64,000 nt of DNA from Mobula hypostoma (Eukaryota). Below are positions 12,102-25,300 of the stretch, piece by piece (position 1 is the first letter of the stretch; the number at the start of each line of letters is the position of its first letter). The notes beneath the pieces are model-generated. The model was not told where the DNA came from and ran no database searches. It worked only from the letters and a program-made list of their open reading frames with translations. The stretch covers positions 17,670,001 to 17,734,000 of the forward strand of contig NC_086115.1 of the NCBI RefSeq assembly GCF_963921235.1, read 5' to 3'. A program made the position numbers and the translations under genes.

Positions 12102-12107
12102 AATAAA
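12102..12107 (+). terminator. Candidate ITPRIP polyadenylation signal AATAAA
   Basis: First canonical AATAAA after the stop, followed by a GT/T-rich tract (TGTACTTTGGTGTATTTTT). Confidence 0.5.
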
Positions 12108-13157
12108 GACTATACATGGAGCATTTCTGTACTTTGGTGTATTTTTAAAATTTAAGGATGAGCACAATACAGGAGCAGGGATGTGATGTGGGGTCTCACT
12201 TGGAGTGTTGTGGGTGGTTTTGGCCCCCTTGTCTCGGGGGGAATGTGCTATCATTAGGGAGGGTTTGTCGGCGGGGGGTTGGTTTCATGAGAATTATTCT
12301 GGGATGAGGGAGGGGGTGCTTGATGACTCTTCACCTCTCTCCTCACTGGAACTCAGAGGAGTGAGGGGTGACCTCATTGAAATCTATTGAACCTTGAAAG
12401 GCCTTGACGATATTTCCTACGGTGGGAGTTCTGGGATGGGGGGGGGTTGTGTGGAGGGGCATCCTTTTCGGAACGCAGATGAGGAGAGATTTCTCTGGCT
12501 GGAGGTTGGTGGGTCCATGGAATTCGGTGCCACACGTGGCTGTGGGGGCCAGGTCATTGGGTGCACGAGGTAGAGGTTGATGGATTCTTAATTGGTCAGG
12601 GCATGGAGGGACATGGGGAGTGGGTGGGAGGGAGGGAGGATGAGATGCTGACTGGCCAAGTTCGTCTCCTGTATCTTATGGTCTAGTGACCCTTCCAGCC
12701 CAACAAGCCCACACCACCCAATTACACCAATATGACCAATTAACCTCCCAATCCATACATCTGTGGGAGGAAACCCACACGGCCACTGGGAGAGCGTACA
12801 AACTCCTTGGAGGCAGTGGCAGAAATTGAACCCCTGTTGCTGGTGTTGTAATAGAGTTATGCTAACCCCTGTGCATCCGTACAAGAGATTTACTCGAGTG
12901 AATATTTGAGTGAAAGAGTGAATATTCACCTGACTTAGTGTCTTGGATAATAGATTTTGCACTGGGAGCGATTGTGTAAGCTTGGCCTCCACATTTTTTT
13001 AGAAGAATGATTGGGGATCTCGCTGAAACAACCAACACTGACAGTAAATGTGGGGAGGATGCTTTTCCTGGCTGAGGCACCGAGATCCAGAAGGCACGGT
13101 CTCAAAGAAAGGAAGTGTGGAAATGTGATGTGTCTGTCCATGCTCTCCTCTGCTTCC

Positions 13158-13615
13158 TTGAAGGAGCAACATGTCATATTCTGTCTGGGTAGCCTCCAAC
13201 CTGATCGTACAAATATCAATTTCTGAAACTTTTGATTGTTTCTCCCTACTCCCCCTTCTTCCTTTTTCTATTCTCCATTCTAGCTTCCCTCTTACCCCTT
13301 GGCTTCTCCTTATTTGCCCATCATCTCCTTTCAATGCCCCTCCTCCTTCCCTTTCTCCCATTGCCAGCTTTCCTCTCCTATCAGATTCCTTCTTTGTTAG
13401 TCCTTTAACCTTTTCCACCTACCACCTCCCAGCTTACTTCATCCCCCTCCCTCTCATCTATCACTTGCCACGTATTCCATTTCCTTCTGGTTTCCACCCC
13501 CTTCCTTTCCAGCCCTGATGAAGAGTCTCTGCCCACAACATTGGCTATTTATTCCTCTCCATAGCTGCTTCCTAACCTCCAGTGTTTTGTGTTTGTTGCC
13601 CCGGATTTCCAGCAC
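13158..13615 (+). mobile_element. Penelope-like element 3' end/pseudo-LTR
   Basis: Translates LKEQHVIFCLGSLQPDRTNINF (Penelope ORF C-terminus), then a pyrimidine-rich tract and a degenerate hammerhead CTGATGAAGAGTCTCTGCCC at about 13515. Confidence 0.75.
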
Positions 13616-14407
13616 CTTATGGTCCATATCCCTCTAATCACTGCCTGTTTATGGGCTGTTTAAATGCCTCTCAAATGTTCCTATCACATCTGCTTCCACC
13701 ATGAACCCTGGCAAGCACATACCTGGCACCTACCATTCTGTGTAATTAAAAAAAACACTTGCTTCCCTCAAACTTTCCCTAAAGCCCTGCCCTCTAGTCA
13801 ACCCTTTTCAGCCCTGAGCAACCTTGCTTTTTATTCTGAGAATATCCTCCATGTTCCTAACATCCTCAGCTGGGGAGCATCCATTGTCAAATCCTTTAAG
13901 AATTTTGTTAACTTTTGATAGATCTTTCATTTTCCTAAACTGGAGAATACAGGCCTCACTGAGGCTCAATTAAATTTTATTGATGATGATGATGATGTAC
14001 ATCAAGCCCTTTTGTGGCATGATTTACCTTCCTAATGAAGCTGCATGTTGGTTTTCAGGTACCTGTGTACAAGGACATCCACCTAGCCCTCTTTGAGTAT
14101 GAATGTTACCCAATCTCTCTCTGTCTAAAGGTCCTTTCCCAGGACGACCTGGGATGTAGGCAGTCGGAACACCAGGGTCCCTGTTTGAAGCTGTGTGGAT
14201 AACGGACGTACCAACAATCAATGAGAGTCCGTCCCTTTGGCCCACAATGTTGTACTGACCTTTTACTCTTAAGATCACTAACCCTTCCATCCCATATAGC
14301 CATTCATTTTTCTTACATCCATGCGCATATCTAAGAGTTTCTTAAATGCCCCTAGCACCACTCCAGGCAGTGCACCCACCATTCTCTGTTTTTAAAAGAA
14401 ATCTATC

Positions 14408-15099
14408 CAAACTAAGGCATAGCATCACTTGAGAGAACCATTGTGACAAAGTGGGAGCTGATGTATCTTTTCACTTCAACAAAATGGCCCTCCTAGCTAT
14501 CAATGTAACAAGTGCAATAACATGTCAGTCAGACACAGCAATACCATGAATATTCTGAGGAATTATTCCAAAAAGGACAGTTAATTTATTAGGTTGTAGA
14601 TTAATTTTAAGTGCTTTAGAAACTTTTGAAAAAACCGACTTCCAGAACTGTTCCAATATAGAACAAGACCAAAACATATGTGTCAGTGTAGCTATCTCAG
14701 TTTTACATCTATCACAATGACTATCAACATTAGAAGTCAAACCTTTGAATCTTCATTTGATTTTGAGAAGAGATGGGGCTCATTTGCTCGTTATTATCAT
14801 TTGAGCTAATTGATAGATTTCCTCCACGATCTAATTGTAAATTTTTTGGTATATTTTCTTTTCTTGCTGGCGGTTTGATGTTTATTTTTAGAAGCTTTTT
14901 GTATGACGCATGGCTCCGGGGTTGTACAACTAATGGGTTCTTTTTTTTCCCCCTCACTTTTCTGCTTAGTAGGTTTTTTTTGTTATCACAATTTTTTTTT
15001 CAATCTTTAAGATAATGTCTTTTTTGAGACATTGTAAGTGTTGTTACTTCAATGTACTCATGATATTTCTTTTGTATAACAATAAAAAGATTTGAAAAG
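14408..15099. mobile_element. L1 insertion with 5' inversion and a 13-bp TSD
   Basis: 14408-14732 is the reverse complement of the zinc-knuckle region and 14732-15099 is the forward 3' end. A colinear relative lies at 60170-60930. Flanks are AAAGAAATCTATC and AAAGAAATGTATC. Confidence 0.85.
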
Positions 15100-15124
15100 A
15101 AAGAAATGTATCTTTGACATCCCT

Positions 15125-15431
15125 CCAAGGTAGGAGGAGATGAGTTACACCGCTCTCATTACATGCACGTGCAGTTCAACTCTTTGAGTGAAAATGCAGA
15201 CAGTTTGAAGTTAATAACTCATCTCCTTCTACCTTAGACCACAAACCTAACAATCACCCCTGCTGTGGACCACTTTCTGGAGGTCCAAGACCCCGACTTC
15301 TACGAAGAAGGGATCCGTATGCTCCACGACTGCTGGACTAAGTGTGTAAATGTAGGAAAAATAAATGTGCTAGGTTTTCTAAAGTTGACTCCTTCTACCC
15401 TAGGCCACGAACTTATCAATCACCCCTCGTA
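15125..15431 (+). mobile_element. Non-autonomous mariner derivative
   Basis: Encodes FYEEGIRMLHDCWTKCVNV (mariner transposase C-terminus). The TIR ...CCACGAACTTATCAATCACCCCTCG|TA ends in TA, and an internal TIR-like copy lies at about 15218-15262. Confidence 0.8.
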
Positions 15432-16964
15432 GAGTGTGGGTGGCTCTGTTGAGGTGAGGACTAATTCCCTCCTCTGACGGCCACTGGCTGAGCCTCAGTG
15501 CCTGAGGTGAGGGCACTCCCGTCTGGGGATGGATGAGGAGTCGCAGCAACCCAGGAAGAATTCAACTTCATCGCTGTAGAGTCTAACCATCTGAATACTG
15601 CCACACAGCTCTGTGATCTATTTAGTGTCCAGCCCCTGGCATGCGTAGTGTCACAGATGGATCTCACCAGGGGATGGCCACAGGACATGGATAAATATTA
15701 CAGCCAGTTTCAGCCCATTAGTCCAAATTATTTCATTGACCCTGAACTTTAAGTTCCCAGCCATTACAATGATTGCAGAACTCCCTGAAGCGAGTAAGTT
15801 TTTGGGTCTCACAAGTCTTGGAAGGGGACTGGAGGGCAAGCAAGGGGTTGTAGAGAAAATGGAAGGAAATTTTTACCTCAGCTAGATTCTGGCACTATGC
15901 TTTGGGAATGATGTTGAGGTGGAAGGGAAGACATATCAAAGACTTACTGGAGTAAGCCAAAGATAAAGGCTTCATTCAAGGAGGAAATGGAGTAGGGCTG
16001 GGCTCCTTTTCCGGACTATAGGAAAGGTTCAGAAGGAATTAAATAGAGGTTATGAAGAGTATGTTTCTACTCACATGACACTACAGGGGGCATTGGATAA
16101 TTTGCAGAAGACCAGTAACATTTTTAGTTGAATTGACCAGGAACACATTGGTGGGAGTAGATCTGTGGAACTTTCAAGAGGTTTGGCTCAATATTTCTCA
16201 GAAGGAATAATTTAAAAGGTATTGTGGGGAAACTAGACAGGAATTGGACAGACTGGAGTGTTCTTTCAAAGAGCTGACACAGGGTCTATAGGTCTGTGTA
16301 GTGAGATCCTCTGAGTCTAATTAAAGGCTCCCGTTAATGGACTTAACCAGTTCAATGAAAGATTATTATGTTATAGTTTATAATCAGGATCATGGGTACA
16401 GACTTGACTCTCATTAGTTTTGGGGATGGGAGTGAGCACAGCGAACACCTGCCTTACAGAAAATCAATCAGTCACTGTGTTCCTAGTGTGTGGGACTCTG
16501 GTGACCAACACATATCGATTCAGTGGAGGACAGAAGTGTTGTTACATGAAGAGACAGAAATAAACACTGTGTAGCAGTGACAGAAGCAGCATGTAGTTAT
16601 TTTCAAACACCAACAGGAAGGAGAGTAGATTAAACCCACCAAGGGACATGCTGAGTATATATATAAACCATATGATTATCAAATAGTGTTCAGGACCAGT
16701 ATAACAGAGACAAAATAAATCCTTCAGAAATACAAATATACCTATCTAACAGCCTGGACAGAGAACTCTTTTTAAACTTAATGAGCTGAAATTCAATTAT
16801 TCTTTACACAAATTTGCCTGAACAATTCCACCGCCAACCAGACACCAGAGCTTATCCACACAACCCAGTCAGTAGTTGCAGAAGTATGTCCCAAACAGTG
16901 TGATGACAGATGATATAACCACAGTGAGGATAAGCTACAGCAGCAACCCACAACTGTGTGCAGG

Positions 16965-17118
16965 TCAGGGAGTGTAATCACAAGCCTCCAGGCTCCGCTG
17001 GCTGTACAGCTTGTAGAAGCCTCTGTGGGCTGCAGCATCATTGGCTGTTGCCTTGACAGCAGGATCTTCCATCATGGCCTGTGTCCAGTTCCTGAGTGCT
17101 GGGGTGCGATCCAGAAAC
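16965..17118 (-). CDS. GSTO1: Glutathione S-transferase omega, coding exon 6 (last, 154 bp, stop TGA)
   Basis: ACAG|G TTT CTG GAT... translates FLDRTPALRNWTQAMMEDPAVKATANDAAAHRGFYKLYSQRSLEACDYTP*, matching the GSTO C-terminus (TP.L..W..AM..DP.V...EACDY). The phase fits exon 5. Confidence 0.92.
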
Positions 17119-17234
17119 CTGTCCAATGGGAAGAGAGATTCAATGAAATTCCGTCACTAATGCTGGACCAGAACTAGGGCGGCTCACCCGAGACTGCAGG
17201 TGGATGAGGCCACACTCAGGTGAGGGAGCAATAC

Positions 17235-17740
17235 CTGGCTGGGTAGCCTCCAGCCAGATGAAACAAATAACAATTTCTCCTTCTGGTTTAGATCAAATTC
17301 CCTCCCCTGTTCTTCTTCCTCCACTCCAGTCTCTTACTTCTTCTCATCTGCCTATCACCTCTCCCTGGGTTCCCTCCTCCTATGGTCCACTCTCCTCCCA
17401 TATCAGATTCCTTCCTCTCCAGCCCTTAATCTTTTCTACCCACCTGGTTTCACCTATCACTTTCAAGCTAGCCTCCTTCCTTCTTTCTTCTCCCCCCCCC
17501 ACCCCAACACAAACTTTTTAATCTAAGCATCTTTCCCCTTCCTTTGTAGTCTTGAAGAAGGGATTGGGCCAAAACACAAGACTGCTTATTTAATTCCATG
17601 GACCTGTAGAGTTCCTCCAGCATTTCTGTGTGTTGGTTTGGGTTTTCAGCATCTGCAGACTTCTGGGTTTTTGCGATGGAATCTGAAGCAACACACAAAG
17701 AAACTCTGCGGTCAGGCAGCATCTGTGGTGGGAAGATGAT
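17235..17740 (+). mobile_element. Degenerate Penelope-like terminus
   Basis: CTGGGTAGCCTCCAGCCAGATG motif, a pyrimidine tract and the GAGTTCCTCCAGCATT...AGCATCTGCAGA end shared with other copies. Confidence 0.65.
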
Positions 17741-18084
17741 GGCTGGTGAAGGGACTCTGCCCATCAACAGAGGAACGGTTTTCTCTCCATCATCTGACAG
17801 CCAATAGGGAGGGTATTGCTTGTGTCTCAGCTGCCAATCAGTGAGTTAGAATTTCTCAAGTGATCACTTCCATGTGATTAGCACAACGTTTTACCGTATA
17901 GGCCACTATTGGGGGATTGCAGGCGGTGAGGCTCGAAGAGCCAGAAGGGCCTATTCTGTGCTGTATCTCAGTAAATAAATTAATTAATGACACACCAGCA
18001 AGACTGGCATTTAGATTAGACTGGCTTTATTTGTCACATGTACACAATGACTAGTTTCTTATTACGATACAACGTGGAGAATGT

Positions 18085-18308
18085 CCAGAAATCCCCCAAT
18101 TTAATCCTAGCCTACTCACCAGACAATTTACAAAGACCAATTCACCTACCAACTGGTAGGTGTTTGGACCGTGGGAGGAAACCAGAGCACCTGGAGGAAA
18201 CCCGCACAGTCACGGGGAGAATGTCAAAACTCCTTACAGACAGTGGCAGGAATTGAACCCGGGTCGCTGGTACTGTAAAGCGTTATGCTAACCACTAAGC
18301 TACCATGC
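18085..18308 (-). mobile_element. V-SINE (HE1-like)
   Basis: Homologous to 4040-4326, with a tRNA-like head at the right end. Confidence 0.8.
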
Positions 18309-18312
18309 TCCT

Positions 18313-18842
18313 GTACCTAATAAAGTGGCCACTGAGTGTATGTCTGCGGTCTTCTGCTGCTGTAACCCATCCACTTCAAGGTTCAACGTGTTGTGCATTC
18401 AGAGATGCTCCTCTGCACACCACTGTTGAAACGTGTGGTTATTTGATTTACTGTCACCTTCCTGTCAGCTTAAATTAGTCTGGCCATTCTCCCCTGACCC
18501 CTCTCATTAACAAGGCATCTTTTTCCCCCACAGAACTGCTGCTCAATGTATATTACTTTTCCGCTTTTTTACACCATTCTCTGTAAACTCTAGAGATGTG
18601 TGTGTGAAATTCCCAGGAGATCAATGGCTTCTTGAGATACTCAAAGCACCCCGTCCAGTGTCAATAATCACTCTATGGTCAAAGTCACTTAGATCATATT
18701 TCTTCCCCATTCTGATGATTGGTCTGAACAACTGAACTTCTAAACTTTGTCTGCATGCTTTTGAGTTGCTGCCACACGATTGGCTGATTACATATTTGCA
18801 TGAATACGTAGGCCTATCTAATAAAAGTGGCCAATGACTGTA
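18313..18842 (-). mobile_element. Tc1-family non-autonomous element
   Basis: Minus strand encodes MGKKYDLSDFDHRVIIDTGRGALSIS (Tc1 transposase N-terminus). The TIR-like motif TACACTCAGTGGCCACTTTATTAGGTAC occurs at 18313-18340 and, degenerate, at 18815-18842. Confidence 0.75.
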
Positions 18843-19173
18843 TATCAAGACATCGAAACATACAGTGAAACCTCAAAGCATGAAGTGAAATGCAGCATTT
18901 ACCAACCGTCCCAATTAACCTGTGGCTAGCAACTTGATGAGGCATTTCAGAAGTCAGATAAGAACCAACCACATCAATGGTTCTGGAGTTATATATAGGC
19001 CAATTCCCCTCCTGAAAGGGCATCAGTGAACCCACTGGATGTGACCAGAACCAACCCTTTTATGGGTACTGTCACAGACAGAGTTTTTCCCCAGATCTTT
19101 CTCAGCTGGTACAGATGATGAACCAAGTGGCCTCTTTGGGTATTGTACATTTTCTATGAGGCTAGATACTCAC

Positions 19174-19280
19174 TCGCTCAAGGAGAAGGCTTCCAGTCGC
19201 TCGAACCAGGGCCACAGCATGTAGTCAACCATGGTCACATTGTCACCTCCAAAGAACAGGGTCTTCGACTCAGCCAAACG
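19174..19280 (-). CDS. GSTO1: Glutathione S-transferase omega, coding exon 5 (107 bp)
   Basis: TTTACAG|CGT...GA|GTGAGT. Translates [36 protein letters not shown], containing the omega motif FFGG...DY..WPWFERL. Confidence 0.95.
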
Positions 19281-19904
19281 CTGTAAAGATCCAGAGATTA
19301 GCAGGGTATAAGGGACAGCATGCACATGAGCAACACCTGAGCAGGTACCGAGGGCCGCACACACGAGGAGAATGGAGAATGGAGCTCTCACACACCCCGA
19401 CGCTCTAAGCCCCTGGCTCCTGACAGCAGCAAGGGAGAGTCACGGGCTGGGATCAGTAACAGAGGATTCAACAGGATGCAGACCAGTCGGAAATGGACAG
19501 TCGCCGAAGGGACCCAACCCAAAACGGCAGATGGAGTTTAATCCAGACAAGTGTTGCATGGTACACTTTGGGGGGTTATACAGATTACTTTATTTGTCAC
19601 ATGTATATTGAAACAGAAGACAGCGGAGCAGAATCAGGCCATTCGGCCCATTGAGTCTGTTCTGCCATTCCATCATGGCTGATTTGTTATCCCTCTCAAC
19701 CCCATTCTCCTGCCTTCTCCCCATCTGAGGATGTGCTGGGGGCAGCCCGCAAGTGTTGCCATGCACCAACATAACATGCCCACAGTTTGCTAACCCTAAC
19801 CTAGAAAGAAACCAGAGCACCCAGAAGGCACCCACAGAGTCACAGGGAGAACATAGAAACTCCTTATAGACCGCGGCAGGAAATGAACCCAGGACCTTTA
19901 TTTC

Positions 19905-20470
19905 CTGCGGAGCATGAAGAAAGCTCACCTCTGTCCCAGAATACTGACGGACTTTTACCACTGTACCATTGAGAGCATACTCACCAACTGCATCTCAATG
20001 TGGTATGGCAATTGTCCCGTATTGGACCGCAAAGCACTCCAGCATGTGGTGAAAACTGCCCAGCAGATTATCGGCACCCAATTGCCCACCATTGACAACA
20101 TCTACCATAAACGCTGCCTGGGCAGGGCGAAAAGCATTATCAAGGATGCATCTCACCCTAACCATGGACTTTTTACTCTCCTCCCATCCGGTAGGCGCTA
20201 CAGGAGCCTCCGATCCCGCACCAGCAGGCACAGGAAGAGCTTCTTCCCTGAGGCTGTGACACTGCTGAACTTCTCATCACAGCGCTAAGCAGTATTGCAT
20301 CTGTATTGTACTGTCTCAGTACTTTTATATTTGTGTGCTGTAGCACTTTTTTTATTCACAGTTATTTTGTAAATAACACTATTCTTTGCATTTCTGGTCA
20401 GATGCTACATGCTTTTCATTGGCTTTGTATCTGTACTCAGCACAATGACAATAAAGTTGAATCGAATCGA
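19905..20470 (+). mobile_element. Rex1/Babar LINE 3' fragment
   Basis: ORF 19914-20288: FYHCTIESILTNCISMWYGNC...HPNHGLFTLLPSGRRYRS...SFFPEAV. Tail GACAATAAAGTTGAATCGAATCGAAT. Confidence 0.9.
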
Positions 20471-22139
20471 ATAACTAACGCCATAAAGTGTTGTACTAAC
20501 TGCTACATTACTGTGCCACAACAAGTACAACAAATGACTGGACCCTCAGCAGCAGTGATGTAGCAATGGATCCTGGGGTACAGCTCTCTGAAAGTGGTGG
20601 CAAAGGCGGGGTACAACATGCTTGCTTTCATTCACCAGGGTGCGGAGTGTCAAAAAAAGGAAGCTGTATTGCAGCTGTATAAAACTTTTGCAGTACTGCA
20701 TACAGTTCTGGGCACCGCAATACAGGAAATTGTGGAGGCTTGGATTCAAGGTTTAAGGTACATTTATTTTTATCAAAATACGTATGCAGTATAAAACTCT
20801 GAGATTCTTCTTCTCCAGACAGCCATGAAATAAAGAAAACTATGCAAGTTGTTCAAAAGAAAAGCATCAACGCCACCTCGAACAACAAAAGAAACAAACT
20901 GCGCAACCAGCAACAACGACATCAAACCCCAGCCCGCATGTGCAAAAATACAAACAAATTGTGCAAACAAACAGGCACAAACACAATATAAAAACATAAA
21001 GGAAAATCAGCAGAAGCTGGAGATCCAAGCAACACACACAAAATGCTGGAGGACCTCAGCAGGCCTGGCAGCATCGATGGAAAAGAGCAAACAGTCAACA
21101 TTTCGGGCCAAGATCCTTCATCAGGGCTGCACAGGGGCCAAAAACTGAAAGAGTCCAAGTGAACCACAGTCCAATCTATAAACTGCAGCCAGAACTTCAG
21201 TACCATCCTCCGACAATATTGAGGGAGAGAAAAGAGACCATTTCAAATGCCATGGCCTTCCCTCGGGAGCGGCGAGAGACAGTCAGACACAGAGAGATTC
21301 ACCAGGCTGTTACTTGGTTTAGGGAATATTAACTACCGGAAGTTGGACAAACTTGAATTGTTTTCTCTGGAGCCGAGGGGCAGCCTGATGGAAGTATATA
21401 AAACTGGAGAGGAGCAGATAGGGTAGATAAAGTGTTTTTTATCAAGTGAAAATACCAAAGATTTTATGGGCATAGATTTAAGGTGAGAGAGGAATATTTA
21501 AAGGAGATTAGTGAGATAAGTTTGTTTTTTACTTAGAGAGTGGTAGATACCTGTAACGTGCTGTCAGGGTAGTATTGGAAGCACCTATGTAATATTTCAG
21601 GCATTTAGACAGACAAATGAACTGGCAATGCATTGAGGGATATAGACCACGTGCAGGGAAATAAGATTATTCTAAACATGCCATCATAGTTGGCTCGGAA
21701 CACCTAGGCCAAAGAGCCTGTTCCCTGCACTTTGTTCAATTTTCTAATATTGATCCCTTCCACAACCACTGCGGACCCTGGGATCACCGCCCCCTCACGT
21801 TCTCCCGGAATTAAGCTCACTCTTCAGATGGCCTTACTCAATCTGGAAGCTGCTGTGGGAACCGAGACTGGAAACTAGTCTTAAAATTCACATGGGCTCG
21901 AGGGGTGGCAGGCACTGAGGGAGGGTCACACTATACCAGCTCTCTTTCCTGAGGTTGGAAAATTGCAGCAAAATCCTAAAAGAACAGGTTTCGAGACCGC
22001 CAGAAGGTTTTGGGAGAGTGGAGTGTCATCTTGACAGCGGACTAGAGCAGTTTCTCTTACAGAAAGGACTCTGCTTTATGAAGTTTTCAGTCCGTGTCTC
22101 TTAAACGCTGAGCAGTGGCTGCAGCCCACCAGTCGCAGA

Positions 22140-22340
22140 CAGTACTCCAGGTGTGACCTCACCAGTACCCTGTATAATTGCAGCATGACCTCCCTGCTCT
22201 TGAATTCAATCCCTCTATCAATGAAGGCCAACATTCCGCTTGCCTTCTTAATAACCTGTTGTACCTGCCAGCCAACTTTTTGCGACTTATGCACAAGTAC
22301 TCCCTCTGCACAACAGCATATTGCAATCTTTCACCATTTA
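22140..22340 (-). mobile_element. Older CR1, left part (continues at 25751-25885)
   Basis: Minus strand YCLNGERLQ...KASGMLAFI...LYRVLVRSHLEYC joins with LQRDTDQLSEWAKVWQMEYSVGKC at 25751-25885. Confidence 0.8.
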
Positions 22341-25300
22341 GACAATAGACAATAGGTGCAGAAGTAGACCATTCAGCCCTTCGAGCCTGCACCGCCATTC
22401 TGAGATCATGGCTGATCACCTACTATCAATACCCGGTTCCTGCCTTGTCCCCATAACCCTTGATTCCCCTATCCATAAGATACCTATCTAGCTCCTTCTT
22501 GAAAGCATCCAGAGAATTGGCCTCCACTGACTTCTGAGGCAGCGCATTCCACACCTCCACAACTCTCTGGGAGAAGAAGTTCCTCCTCAACTCTGTCCTA
22601 AATGACCTACCCCTTATTCTTAAACCATGTCCTCTGATACTGGACTCTCCCAGCATCTGGAACATATATCCTACCTCTATCTTGTCCAATCCCTTAATAA
22701 TCTTATATGTCTCAATCAGATCCCCCCTCAATCTCCTTAACTCCAGTGTGTACAAGCCCAGTCTCCCTAACCTCTCTGCGTAAGACAGTCCGAACATCCC
22801 AGGAATTAACCTAGTGAACCTACGCTGCACCTCCTCCACAGCCAGGATGTCCTTCCTTAACCCTGGAGACCAAAACTGTACACAATACTCCAGGTGTGGT
22901 CTCACCAGGGCCCTGTACAAATGCAAAAGGATTTCCTTGCTCTTGTACTCAATTCCCTTTGTAATAAAGGCCAATATTCCATTAGCCTTCTTCACTGCCT
23001 GCTGCACTTGCTCATTCACCTTCAGAGACTGATGAACAAGTACTCCTAGATCTCTTTGTATTTCTCCCTTACCTAACTCCACACCGTTCAGATAATAATC
23101 TGCCTTCCTGTTCTTGCTCCCAAAGTGAATAACCTCACACTTATTCACATTAAACACCATCTGCCAAGTTTCTGCCCACTCACCCAGCCTATCCAAGTCA
23201 CCTTGAATTCTCCTAGCATCCTCATCACATGTCACACGGCCACCCAGCTTAGTATCATCAGCAAACTTGCTGATGTTATTCACAATGCCTTCCTCTAAAT
23301 CATTGACATAAATCGTAAACAGCTGTGGTCCCAATACCGAGCCCTGTGGCACCCCACTAGTCACCACCTGCCATTCCGAGAAACACCCATTAACTGCTAC
23401 CCTTTGCTTTCTACCTGCCAACCAGTTTTCTATCCATGTCAATATCCTCCCCCCAATGCCATGAGCTCTGATTTTACCCACCAATTTCCTATGTGGTACC
23501 TTATCAAATGCCTTCTGAAAGTCAAGGAACACCACATCCACTGGATCTCCCGCGTCTATCTTCCTGGTTACATCCTCAAAAAACTCCAATAGATTAGTCA
23601 AGCATGATTTGCCCTTGGTAAATCCATGCTGGCTCGGCCCAATCCTATCACTGCTATCAAGATATGCCGCTATTTCATCTTTAATAATGGACTCTAGCAT
23701 CTTCCCCACTACTGATGTTAGGCTAACAGGGCAATAGTTCTCTGTTTTCTCCCTCCCTCCTTTCTTAAAAAGTGGGATAACATTAGCCATTCGCCAATCC
23801 TCAGGAACTGATCCTGAATCTAAGGAACATCGGAAAATGATCACCAATGCATCCGCAATTTCCAGAGCCACCTCCTTTAGTACCCTAGGATGCAGACCAT
23901 CTGGACCTGGGGATTTTTTAGCCTTCAGCCCCATCAATCTACTCATCATCGTTTCCTTCCTAATGTCAATCTGTTTCAGTTCCTCTGTTACCCTATGTCC
24001 TTGGCCCATCCATACATCTGGGAGATTGCTTGTGTCTTCCCTAGTGAAGACAGATCCAAAGTACTTATTAAATTCGTCTGCCATTTCTCTGTTTCCCATA
24101 ACAATTTCTCCCAATTCATTCTTCAAGGGCCCAACATTGTTCTTAACTATCTTCCTTCTCTTCACATACCTAAAAACTTTTGCTATCCTCCTTTGTATTC
24201 CTAGCTAGCTTGCATTCATACCTCATTTTTTCTCCCCGTATTGCCTTTTTAGTTAAGCTCTGTTGCTCCTTAAAAATTTCCCAATCATCCACCTTCCCAC
24301 TCACCTTAGCTCTGTTATACTTCTTTTTTAATGCTATGCTAGCTCTGACTTACTTTGTCAACCACTGTGGCCACTTTCCCCCCTTTGATTCCTTCCTTCT
24401 CCGGGGGATGAACTGATTTTGCACCTTGTGCATTATTCCCAAGAATACCTGCCATTGCTGTTCCACTGTCTTTTCTGCTAGGATATCCGACCAGTCAACT
24501 TTGGCCAGCTCCTCCCTCATGGCTCCATAGTCTCCTTTGTTCAACTGCAATACTGACACTTCTGATCTGCCCTTATCCCTCTCAACTTGCAGATAAAAAC
24601 TTACCATATTATGGTCACTACCTCCTAATGGCTCCTTTACTTCAAGATCACTTATCAAATCCTGTTCATTGCACAACACTAAATCCAGAATAGTTTTATC
24701 CCTGGTCGGCTCTCATACAAGCTGCTCCAAAAATGCATCCCGTAGGCACCCTACAAACTCCCTATCCTGGGGTCCAGTACCAACCTGATTTTCCCAGTTC
24801 ACCTGCATATTGAAATCCCCCGTAACTACTGCGACATTTCCTTTGCCACATGTCATTGTTAACTCCCTATTCAATTTGCACCCAATATCCATGCTACTGT
24901 TTGGGGGCCTGTAGATAACACCTATTAGGGTCTTTTTGCCCTTACTGTTCCTCAGTTCTATCCACAGTGACTCTACTTCTGCTGATTCTATGTCCCCCCT
25001 TGCAAGGGACTGAATCTCACTCCTCACCAACAGGGCCACCCCACCCCCTCTGCCCACCTTTCTGTCCCTTCGATAGCATGTATACCCTTGTACATTCAAT
25101 TCCCAGGTCTGATCCCCCTGCAGCCATGTCTCTGTTATCCCAACAACATCATAGTTACCCATTCGCACCTCAGCTTCAAGCTCATCCGCCTTATTTCTGA
25201 CACTTCGTGCATTCAGATATAGAATTTTTAACCCATTTCTCCTCTCTCTGTTTAAATCGCTGCCTATTGTGCATAACCCAGCTCCCCGAACTCTCACTGG

